DNA from: Antedon mediterranea
Taxonomy: Eukaryota; Animalia; Echinodermata
Reading direction: 5' to 3'
DNA: 64,000 bases
Assembly: GCF_964355755.1 (NCBI RefSeq)
Contig: NC_092675.1
Coordinates: 987,812 to 1,051,811, forward strand
A program made the position numbers and the translations under genes. Shown here in pieces: positions 42,538 through 54,099 of this stretch (positions within the stretch are counted from its first letter, which is position 1; each line of letters begins with the position of its first letter). The notes below the pieces were generated by a model. The model was not told where the DNA came from. It searched no databases and worked only from the letters and a program-made list of their open reading frames with translations.

Positions 42538-45500
42538 TTAATTTGTATCTTTCTTTGCTGAAACATTCACATATACTTGATGTGTGTCATCCTTTATCTG
42601 TATTTCCTGGTAAGTATTGTCGTTGTTTTCTTCAGCATTATTGTAAGTCGCATATTCCTGTAACTAAAAATAATAAATAAAAATATATGATTGCTATTAT
42701 TTTCTAATTCTGAAATCTAAACATTGACAAAGGGATGATACAAATAATGAATGATATGCATAATCATAAGTTAATAATGGTAATTTACTGTAAATAAAAT
42801 TGTAATGTTTTTGTTAAATTTGATTATTATATCAATTTGTTTATTATGGGACAGAATAAGGGCCTAAAACGCCACACCATTCAGTAAATGATGAGGAGGG
42901 TGTACAATTGTCTTACAGAATAAGGGCCTACAACGTCACACCATTCAGTAAATGATGAAGAGGGTGTACCATTGTCTTACAGAATAAGGACCTACAACGT
43001 CACACCATTCAGTAAATGATGAAGAGGGTGTACCATTGTCTTACAGAATAAGGACCTACAACGTCACACCATTCAGTAAATGATGAGGAGGGTGTACCAT
43101 TGTCTTACAGAATAAGGGTCTACAACGTCACACCATTCAGTAAATGATGAAGAGGGTGTACCATTGTCTTACAGAATAAGGACCTACAACGTCACACCAT
43201 TCAGTAAATGATGAAGAGGGTGTACCATTGTCTTACAGAATAAGGACCTACAACGTCACACCATTCAGTAAATGATGAGGAGGGTGTACCATTGTCTTAC
43301 AGAATAAGGGCCTACAACGTCACACCATTCAGTAAATGATGAGGAGGGTGTACCATTGTCTTACAGAATAAGGACCTACAACGTCACACCATTCAGTAAA
43401 TGATGAGGAGGGTGTACCATTGTCTTACAGAATAAAGGCCTACAACGTCACACCATTCAGTAAATGATGAGGAGGGTGTACCATTGTTTTACAGAATAAG
43501 GGCCTACAACGTCACACCATTCAGTAAATGATGAGGAGGGTGTACCATTGTCTTACAGAATAAAGGCCTACAACGTCACACCATTCAGTAAATGATGAGG
43601 AGGGTGTACCATTGTTTTACAGAATAAGGGCCTACAACGTCACACCATTCAGTAAATGATGAGGAGGGTGTACCATTGTTTTGCAGAATAAGGGCCTACA
43701 ACGTCACACCATTCAGTAAATGATGAGGAGGGTGTACCATTGTCTTACAGAATAAGGGCCTACAACGTCACACCATTCAGTAAATGATGAGGAGGGTGTA
43801 CCATTGTTTTACAGAATAAGGGCCTACAACGTCACACCATTCAGTAAATGATGAGGAGGGTGTACCATTGTCTTACAGAATAAAGGCCTACAACGTCACA
43901 CCATTCAGTAAATGATGAGGAGGGTGTACCATTGTTTTGCAGAATAAGGGCCTACAACGTCACACCATTCAGTAAATGATGAGGAGGGTGTACCATTGTC
44001 TTACAGAATAAAGGCCTACAACGTCACACCATTCAGTAAATGATGAGGAGGGTGTACCATTGTCTTACAGAATAAGGGCCTACAACGTCACACCATTCAG
44101 TCAATGATGAGGAGGGTGTACCATTGTTTTGCAGAATAAGGGTCTACAACGTCACACCATTCAGTAAATGATGAGGAGAGTGTACCATTGTCTTACCTCT
44201 TGTTGTTTATCATCTTTTGATTTGGGTACCTTGAAAATAAAATAGAAAGGTATTTACAACACTTCATTAATATACAGGTTTGTTTTTATTTGTCAAAACA
44301 TTGAATGTACGTTAATCCATGATGTTTAATTACTGGTAACATTGTCTTACCTCTAGTCTTTTATCATCTCTTGATTTGAGTATCTTAAAAACAATAGAAA
44401 TAAAGGAACATTTACCAATACAACAAAAGCTTTTTTTTAGCATACAATTCTTTTAAATTGTCATATTTTGAATTTATACGTTACTTGTGTATTTGATATT
44501 CGTACTTTGCTAATTACAAAACATGTGAAAAGGGTTAAGACAATTCCAATAAGCACACCAACAAACATTATTCCAACAACAAAGCTTGCTGGACTCTGCT
44601 TTGGAACATCTGAATAAAAATAGGAACATTATATAAATATAATACAAATAAATAATTTCTTTGTAGCGAAAACAATTATCATACAGTGAATTATTAGTAA
44701 AAGAATTATACATCAAATGCGTTTTTATTACCTTCTTCACTAGTTGTTGCATTGACAGTTGTTATTGGTCCTTCTAAGTATTGATCATCTTTCAGCTGAT
44801 GAGTAACAGCACTGATGTTGATAATATAACTTGTGTACGCCTCTAAACTAGTAATGGTATGGCTGGTTTCCGATAACCAGACAGTCGATTCATCTTCATT
44901 TTGATTTTCAGCACACAGACACTGATTTTGAAGTTTATATTTCAGTTTGTAAAAGTCGATCTTGCAGTGTTCAGATTTAGGAGATGTCCACGTAATAGTA
45001 ATGGAGTTCTTTTGACTTTCCGTCTTGACATTTTGGACAGCATCAGGAACTAAAAGATGAAATAGTAACAAGCAATTCAATACATACAGTAATATAACTT
45101 TTAGCAGATAAATTTAAACAAACAGTGCGATAGGTATTCAATATTGGTTGTATTGTAAAGACTTTAAAAGGAACATTTTACCGATTGAGTTGGTTACGTC
45201 ATTAACAATGTTTTTCTATGTTAATGGAATTAATGTTTCACCTAACTGGTGCGTGAAAATAAATAAACTAGTTGATTGTTATGCAACTTTAATATGGTTT
45301 TACTTACGAAGACAAGGAATAAAAAGTTGTGTCAAAGGACTCATGTTAGCATTTCCTAAGTTACCAGGTCGAACAGCTATCACCCCTAACTCATAATCTA
45401 CTCCTCGGTGAAAGCCATCTTCTCCATTAGCCTCAATATTGTAAGTGATTGATAACCCTGTAACCAATTCAGAGCATGGCTTCCATTTCTCTGCAGTTTG

Positions 45501-48500
45501 TCGATAGCAGACAGAGTATCCTATTAGAGGGCCATCTCCATTTTGACCAGTAGCTGTCCATTCATTCCATGATATTGTAACTGTAGAATCTGAGACTATT
45601 ACATTGGGTTTTGTTGTCATTACTGGAGGATCTGAAATGAACTTATAATTAATTTTCGCCAACATTTTAATGGAATTTATTGCAATGAAAACAATTTAGT
45701 TTTGTAGTCGCTTCATATCCACTAGGTAAATGCTCCTATTCGAATTAAATAAATAACAATAATTTGGGTATACAGTAGTTACTAATATATATACTTATAT
45801 ACTTGTATAATAGTATATTATATAGTATGTATTATGATCAAGGCAGTATATTGAAAAACAAAACTGTGGCATTTGAGATATTCAAAAGCAACATCATATC
45901 AACAAATACAATCACAGGTCACTTACCATAAATGGTTACAGCTTCCTCCGTTTTTGTATTACCAGAAATGTCTGATTGCACTTGGCATTTAAAAACATCA
46001 CCTTCTTTCATATTAATTTCGCTAAACACTATCGTGTTTGTGTAGTTCAATTCTGTAACCGTAGACACACCATTTCCAAGAACTACGTCACCGTGTAATA
46101 CTTTAATGTCTACGTCACGTGGTATTGGATTTGCCTGGATAATGCACGTGATTGTCAATAACGCACCTCGGTTGCTAGAAGGAACAACTAAATTGACATT
46201 TGTTCTTCCGTCTGGGAAACATGAAAAATTAAACCAATTACAATTTGAAATTAAAGAAGAGAGGCTTAGAAAATGTATAAATCTTCTTAAACTAACTAGA
46301 AATACGTAAATTAGGAAAAATGCCTTTATCTTCCTAAATAAATAAATGTAAAATGAATAACATCATCATTTATTTGCTTACCAAGTTGGCAATCAGATCC
46401 TATCCAAAGATGTTTACATTTTCTATCACCACAACTTCCTGTGTTTCTCTCACATGGTCCATAATCTTCACAATGGCACTGGTACTTACATAGATCACCA
46501 TACCATCCACCAGTACATTCATTAGGAACTAAAATGTTTAACAGCAGATACGATTAAATGCCATAGGCCTAATCTTTATAATGGGATTCCAAAACAATAC
46601 ATGAATTACAAAGAAATACAAAGTACTAGTTTTGAAGAACAAACTAAACTATTATACCTCATAAATTTCAAGGATCATTAGTTATGAATTACATACTTTA
46701 TATTGGTGAATTAAAGTAGCCTACTTCAATCGCGATGAATATAATAATTAAAATACATTTTGAACGTTCAAAAAATGTATGTATATAACATTATTTTACA
46801 TATTCTGTTTAGCAACAAATCATAACAGTTTCTGTATGATTTTGAAAAAAAAAATAGTAAGATTGTGTACGATCGAAATACCATAACTGATATTAATATA
46901 TAATAATAATAATATTAAATAAAACAATAATAGCAATGGCGGATCCATAAATATCTGTATATATAATGTCCAAACCTTGACAGTTTTTTCCGGAATATCC
47001 ATCCTCACATGGTCCATCTGGACATCCTCTGCTTGGATCACAAGTCACACCAGCTGCACAGTGACATTGCTCGCTACAAGTTGATCCATAATACCCTGTT
47101 GTTTCACAAGCTGTGGACAATTTAAAAAACAAACATTGTTTCGGCCGTCGTATCGTTTGAAATGTTTTTTTAGAAGTGAAACCTTTGTTATGTAATTGTA
47201 AACTCTATGCTCATGATTGTTATTAATTTAATTCAGCAACTAGAGAACGTTTAATTTGTGTTAAAGCAATACCTAATACATACATGTAACATAATATGAA
47301 CAAGGCAATATACATGGCTGAAGTCGCGGCTCAAGTTAGTTAGTTTACCGACCAACCGACCGACCAACCAACCAACCGACATAGTGAGCGTTGCACGCGA
47401 CTGAAAATTAATTAAAATTGTATTAGATACATTTATTGTATACAATACTAGTACGTGTTATACTAAAAAAAATCGTATTCAACCCTAAAATAATTACTTG
47501 ACAACTTTGTCCATTTGAAGATCAATCTTTTGATTTGATTTTTACTAACAATTAGTTTTCAATATTTAATTATTGATTAGAATAAAAGGATAAAATACAG
47601 TAATAACCAAAATAATTATATACTTCCTTACTTCCTTTGCAGTCAAGGTCTTTATATCCAGCCATGCAAGAGCATCCTAGTGGGTCTGGAATACATCCCA
47701 TTGAACCAGAACAACCAGGATTGCTACTGCTACACACATGGGTACATGTTCTTCCCCAATGGTTATTTCCACAACCTAATCACCAGAAACATATTATACA
47801 AATAAAGATTGATTATAATTGTAATTAGTAAATTAAAGATTTTAACAATAAATTTCCAAAGAAAAATACAGTTAGTAGTGATAGGAAGACATCGATGTGC
47901 GATAGCATAGAACAAAATAGAAATTAAAGTAAAACATTATTATTGAATAACTACCTACTTGACTTTCTGAACATAGGTATCTACAATATCAGGTATAACT
48001 GAAGGAAACATGAAATATGGTGCTTTTATTTCTCTGACCGAAATGTACGAATACGATACAATAGTATTTTTTTTCATAAGCAATGTTATAAATGAAATTG
48101 TGAAATGTTTGACCATTCTGTATAAAATATAAGTGTATGTAGGCCTACGTGTAAAGTTTGAATATGTTTCAAAGGAAGAATGTTTATTAACATTAACATT
48201 TCACTTAAAATACCTTCACTACAGTCTTCTCCTTTGAATCCTGGTGGACATACACACAGTCCAGATACATCATCACATATACCACCATTATAACAAGTAG
48301 GACAGAGGTTCTGGCAATCAGTACCCCAACGAGAGGCTGAGCAACCTGCAATATGAATGATGATGTTTGAATGAACGTTTCACAATTCTTAAATAATTAA
48401 AGCAGTTCATTTTAAAGTATAATCTTTGATAAATAAGAGAAATATGCTATAATCTTCAATTATATCAAATCTATTTAAATAACTATATACATGTTGTACG

Positions 48501-51296
48501 TTGTTACATTTTGATGGTGAATGATATTCAATTTAGAAATAATGTACCAGTATGTGACTAAGGTGAATAAGTTTTTAAAACGCGAAGAATTAAAAAAAAA
48601 TTGTTCAAAAGTTTTACTTGACACTGCCAATCAAGTAAACAATTTAGACAAAGTCAAGTAGTATATTATATGTATAAGTATTTTATATAATTGATTAATC
48701 TCTTATAGTTATGTAATTCATTTATTTACCTCTTACAATAAGTCTTACAATGGCGTGTCTACCCTCATGTCTGCTTCCATTTAGATAGCATTCATATATA
48801 CCACCGTCGTCTTTTGTGACATACGGAATTGTGATATTGCTGGAACCAGACCAGCTGTCAATAACATTTCCATCACGTCGCCATCTTAGATCATCTAGAT
48901 CACCTTCCTTCAAATGCATCTTTATTGTAACAGTTTCTCCAAAACTTACAGTTTGTGTTTGCCTTTCCGGTTTGACATATGCTGTAAAAACATTACAATA
49001 AGAAGTTTTAATACAGTACATCTATTTACGATTATTACATAAACCACTGAAAAGAAAAACAAGCTGTATGTTTGGTCATTTAAGTATGTGTTGCCCAACA
49101 ATGTTTAACCAGGAAAAAGGTTAATCGATGTTTTATTAGACATGTGTACATCTTTTTCCTTTGCACTTTAATGTTGCCAACAACATTCAGTTCATACAGA
49201 TGTTTAATGAAAATTCAAATATGAAGCTTAATTCATAGAAATAATTTTAAAAGACTAACCTTCCTTTGCTAGTATAATTAAAGGAATGTATGACGGTGAC
49301 GTTTGGTTTCTCAAACCAGTTACATTACAGAAGAAAGCTCCAACTCTGTGACTGCCATCCCATTCTGACAAATATTGCCTGTAATAATAGCGCTTGTCTC
49401 TAAAATGTTTTCCATGTTCAGGTGTATATGATCTTAATTGTATGTTATTACCACTTCCAGTATCAACTACCCGTCCAAATGTTATGCTGAGTGTTTGTGG
49501 ATCTTCTATATATTCGATAAAGCTACCGATAAAAGCAGCGTCATATATGGGATCAAGTGAGCGAAGAGGGTCAGCAGTTAAACATGTTTGATCAGCAATG
49601 TCACCTTAAAAAGAAAATAGATATTAAAATGTAAAGTGCAAAGTGAGTTAAATTATCGTGTGTTGAACCCACATTGAAACAGTGTCCACCACACGATCAG
49701 GAGAGAATGATCCAGTGATTTGTAATAGCCGAAGGCTGGATAGCAATCTTTAGTGCTGTAGCAGTTCAAGAAGTGATTCTCCATGGAGAGGGAACCAACA
49801 AGATGGCGGCTGCAGTTGACCAATCGAATATGCCCTACGCAGTACGCACTACTACGCCTGTGTTGAGCCTATATATGCGTGAGAACGATACGCAACGCAG
49901 CGCGTTTAAGCGTATAAAAACGATTCTATATGATCCTCGTATACAAAAAATGCTAGATATACCAAGAAATTATTAATTCCATTGCGATTAACAATATATT
50001 TAATTTTATAAAAACTTCACTGTGCTTTGGCAAGAAAATGTGTTGTAATTTATGTGGTCTTAATGTATTATATTAGATTATTATTTTTTACGGCCGATCT
50101 TGTTGGTTCCCCCTCCTGTTGGAATCCCTTTCAGTCTGGAGTACGCCCTCTAGCCTTCGGCTTACAGCTCACTGGAATGAACATGCATCAATGTATACCG
50201 TTGTCTATGTTTTGTCGAAAAACAAACTTGGGGAACATGACAGTTCAGATTAGCCCAAGATGATAAAGGCAAGATGCTTGTAAACAAAAATCAATAGTAA
50301 ACATGCAAACATTGATTGATGCAACTTGGGGCTGAGGTACTATAATTATTATTGTCATGCCAAACAACGTTCTTATAGTCCCTCTCAAACAGCTCCCGGA
50401 TGTATGGTGTACTTGGCCCTTTTAGAATAATACTCTTCGTCCCTTCAAGCATGTTCACAATATTAGTAGTAATGATGGCGTATGCAATACAAATACACTT
50501 TAAGGTTATTTACTTCAACTGCCTATGCAGTTTTTTGTCCATCAATACGCCCTAACCATGCATAGCCTAACTATTTAATAACACAATAGTACAAACTTAC
50601 CATAGACAAAAACACAGAAAGTAATAAAATAAGGCAAATCAATCATATAACAGATCATTTGTATAATATATATGCAATCACCTTGTCATGTGTTTAGTAG
50701 TAGGCCTATGTTTAAAGAACAATAGCTCCTAAATATGTATTGTACGAATTACAACCTTTGAAATTCAGTAAATATATTCAAAACCAAAGAAAACCATTAA
50801 GGAAATAATCTTATCTTTAATCCGGAGATTTATATCCATGGAGTAGTAATATAGAATTGTGTACAAAAATATAAATAATACAATAATTTATTCCGAGTTT
50901 AGATGATGGGATAGCATTATTAGGCCTATAGTCGTATTCAATAACTAAGTGTTATACCGAATGTCCGAAATGGGATGTTACATCAGGTGGTTAAAATCAG
51001 TACCGAAAGTACGAATCAACTTGATATACCATCGAGTAAAAATTTTAGAAATAACCCGCGATTTACCGAATTTTGCACTTACGTAAATTTATATATAGAT
51101 GATGGCGACGTTAATACAATATAATGTTATTTCCTGATACAGTAACCGATGGGCCTAATCGCAGTTTGATATCCCTCCATACTCATATAATTTAATTACA
51201 TAATATTTAATAACTAAACAATAGTACAAACTTACCGTAGACAAAAACACTGAATATCGATAACAAAAGACAAATCTTCATCATATAACTGATCAT
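42538..51296 (-). CDS. TIE-like kinase-less receptor, copy B: signal peptide, Ig, Ig, 4 EGF exons, Ig, 2 FN3, TM, tyrosine-motif tail
   Basis: First exon 51296-51236 (alternative 50658-50601), then 49604-49260, 48981-48730, 48345-48214, 47775-47632, 47110-46976, 46528-46382, 46211-45927, 45631-45308, 45049-44732, TM 44609-~44485, microexons 44383-44351 and 44229-44197, last exon ~42663-42538. Exon-for-exon paralogous to copy A. Confidence 0.88.
42851..44196. repeat. 64-bp minisatellite, 21 copies, abutting a splice donor of copy B
   Basis: Unit acagaataagggcctacaacgtcacaccattcagtaaatgatgaggagggtgtaccattgtctt starts at 42851, 42915, 42979, 43043 and onward. Single copy at about 18083-18145 in paralog A. 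Confidence 0.97.
50975..51099 (-). mobile_element. 5' fragment of the same Helitron family, between the duplicated first exons of copy B
   Basis: Reverse complement reads a|TCTATATATAAATTTACGTAAGTGCAAAATTCGGTAAATCGCG..CCACCTGATGTAAC, matching 34193-34315. Confidence 0.75.
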
Positions 51297-54099
51297 TTTT
51301 TATAATAAATGTGCAATACTTTGTTGCGTATGTTGTGTTTTCTACGCGCTTGGCTACCGTATCAAATAACTTCCGGAAAGCAGCTCCGGAACAACTTAGT
51401 CGGTTACAAATCAGTACATAATATTTAAACCAGAGAAGAAAACCAATAAGAAAAGCGGAAACCATGAAAATAATAATTTTTTTAAAAACGGAAAACAACA
51501 TGAATAATCTCGGCACATAACGACGGCTTTAATTGGAATTTCATCTTGTCTTCAATTGGGAGAATTTACATCCATAGAGTAAAAATACAAATACATATTT
51601 ATGCCTATAAATAGTATGCAAAAAAAAACACAAGTTCAGTCCAGATTTAGAGATGAACTATATATATGCATGCAATATAAGATTATTAAAGATCGACACA
51701 AGTTTATAATATGTGTATAGGCATGCAACAGGGATGCAAATACGCTATGCATGCGGCTCATTCAATAACTGAATGTGTTGTTTAATCCCATACGGCCGGC
51801 CCAGCTGAATTAATATTTTCTGTATTGTCTGATTTCAACTGAATTTTCTGGAATTTCAAATATAAACTCCGTGGCCGAATTATCACAATCTGGTATCGTA
51901 TATAGTAGGTCTATGAAATTAAACTACATTAACAATTTAAATTTGCCGTTGCATATTTTTAAACCGAATTAAATCAATTAATCTGTTGACAGATGCGAAT
52001 CTTAATTTTGAACTAAAATTATGCAAAAGATTATTTAGGATGCGAAATCAAAAGGTGGTGCTGTAGGCTATATTGCGAATTTAAATCCCATCTGAAACAA
52101 GGACAAATATAGGTACCTATATTTTTCTTACAAATAAGCAAAATGGCGCTTCATTATACATTGTTTGCGTTCACATTTAATGAGGGTCAATTAATAATAT
52201 AATTCATTTCAGATTCTAAAATTATACCGGAAAACATAAGTTAATGCCAGATTTGGTACCGGATCCAGAAATAAGCAACACGGCTGAATGAAGGGAAACA
52301 TTACCGTATTATATCAAAACGGAAAATTACCTCAAAACTATCCGAAATTCTTCAATCCTTTTGAAATTATGAATTAGAAATCAGAATAAAAGTTTGTGGC
52401 CGAACTTAACTTTCTAGAATCTATTATATGAATGAATGAATGAACAAAAACACGCATTCTACAGTTCTTTCCAAATTCTATAGCATTTTATTTCTTTGGA
52501 TAAATCTATTAACCCAATGTAAACTAAAGCCTAAGTTTGCATTGCTGATACCCCTACTGTACACTAGTTTAGGAATATTTTAATACTCAATTGTATATAT
52601 ACACATATATCATTTCACATTGAGTTTTACTCATGATGATCTAATAAATATAATATATATAATATGAAATATACAATACACATAAAAGGCACTACATACT
52701 GCCCGACTGATAAGGTCACTTTATAAACTATTGCAATTAAATAACATAATCATTCATACTAAATATTACTCTATATAAAAATGAAATAAATTACAAAAAA
52801 AAATGTTTATTTCTGTTTGCAATAAGGGAAGAATCAAGTAGAATTAACTCTCCTTGGTTATTGTTAGCAGATTTAACCAAATCAATTATTATTTACCATA
52901 ATGCCACAAACTGTAGAATATTAAAACCAATATCGATCTATCTATTGCTATCGATTTCTGATAATTATTAGGAATAATATTACAAACAGAATTTAACTTA
53001 TCTATATACAGTATATGTATCCAATTCATTGTTATGACTGAAAAATGCTTTTCGGAAGATGATATGGTAATGGTTGATACCTTAATTGTGACATAACATT
53101 TGACACTGTTGCGTTACCAAGGAAATTAGAAACGCACACTCCTGCATAGTTAAACAAATCGACACTCAGCTTTGGAAATTAAATAATATAACTACGGTAC
53201 TGTTATTGTTACCTATTTACATTTATAATTTTAGTATTTTAAATAAATAATTATTTTGTTGCTTCAATTTTTTTCATTACAAAAGGTAATACTTTACAAA
53301 TACTGACAGTGACAATTTCACAGACACGGGTTTCGTGGTCGGAGTGGGTTTGTAGGTTATGGCGTGTGATATGAAAAGCATGTGCAAACGTGTGTTAAAA
53401 CATGGAGCAACAATTGCTCCAATCTTAAAACTTTTTTTTTTTTCACAATCCCTTTTGTTTCGGATTATACAGTTTATCGCATTACTTATGCATTCGATAT
53501 TTATTGTTAAGGGTTGGTTGTTTGTTTAAACCGGTTCAACGATGACTTCATCAATTTGGTTACTACTAAAATTATGATACTCTACCTCATAAGCAATGGA
53601 ATGGATAACAATGGAACATTCAAGATTTGAGAAACCACATAGAGTAGAACCCCTTTAATAGGGGTTGTCCCTTTAATAAGCTTGTAGGCCTACCCTTAAT
53701 AGGTTTGTCCCCTTAATAGTGGTGTCCCCTTAATTGGAGTGTTCCAAAAGGCGTAGTTCTACTGTAGTGATATACCGTCGACTACGGCTTTTTAAAAGTA
53801 AAAATTGTTTCAAGAACATGAAACGTATAAAATAATACATATTATATTGTATTCACATTGTAGAAAATTACTTTGACAACTACATTGTGCGGCACTGTAT
53901 TTTGGCATGTATACAATCTTGAATTGAATAATTCATAACAAAAAGTAGGATAATAAATGAATAATGATAGTAAAAAAACAGTAATACATTAACAATAGTA
54001 TTAATAGTAATAATCTTATTATAACAACAATAAATATGAACAACAACAAAAAGAAAAGGAAAAGATTAACAACAACAAAAAGGAAATGACACATTCTAT

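Noticed and set aside
42851-44196. CRISPR-like array
   Set aside because: Units are contiguous near-identical 64-mers with no unique spacers, no cas genes, and a eukaryotic intron context.
49795-49830. YY1-like caagatggcggc plus CCAAT as an internal promoter
   Set aside because: Isolated motif in intron 1 of copy B with no associated ORF or other support.
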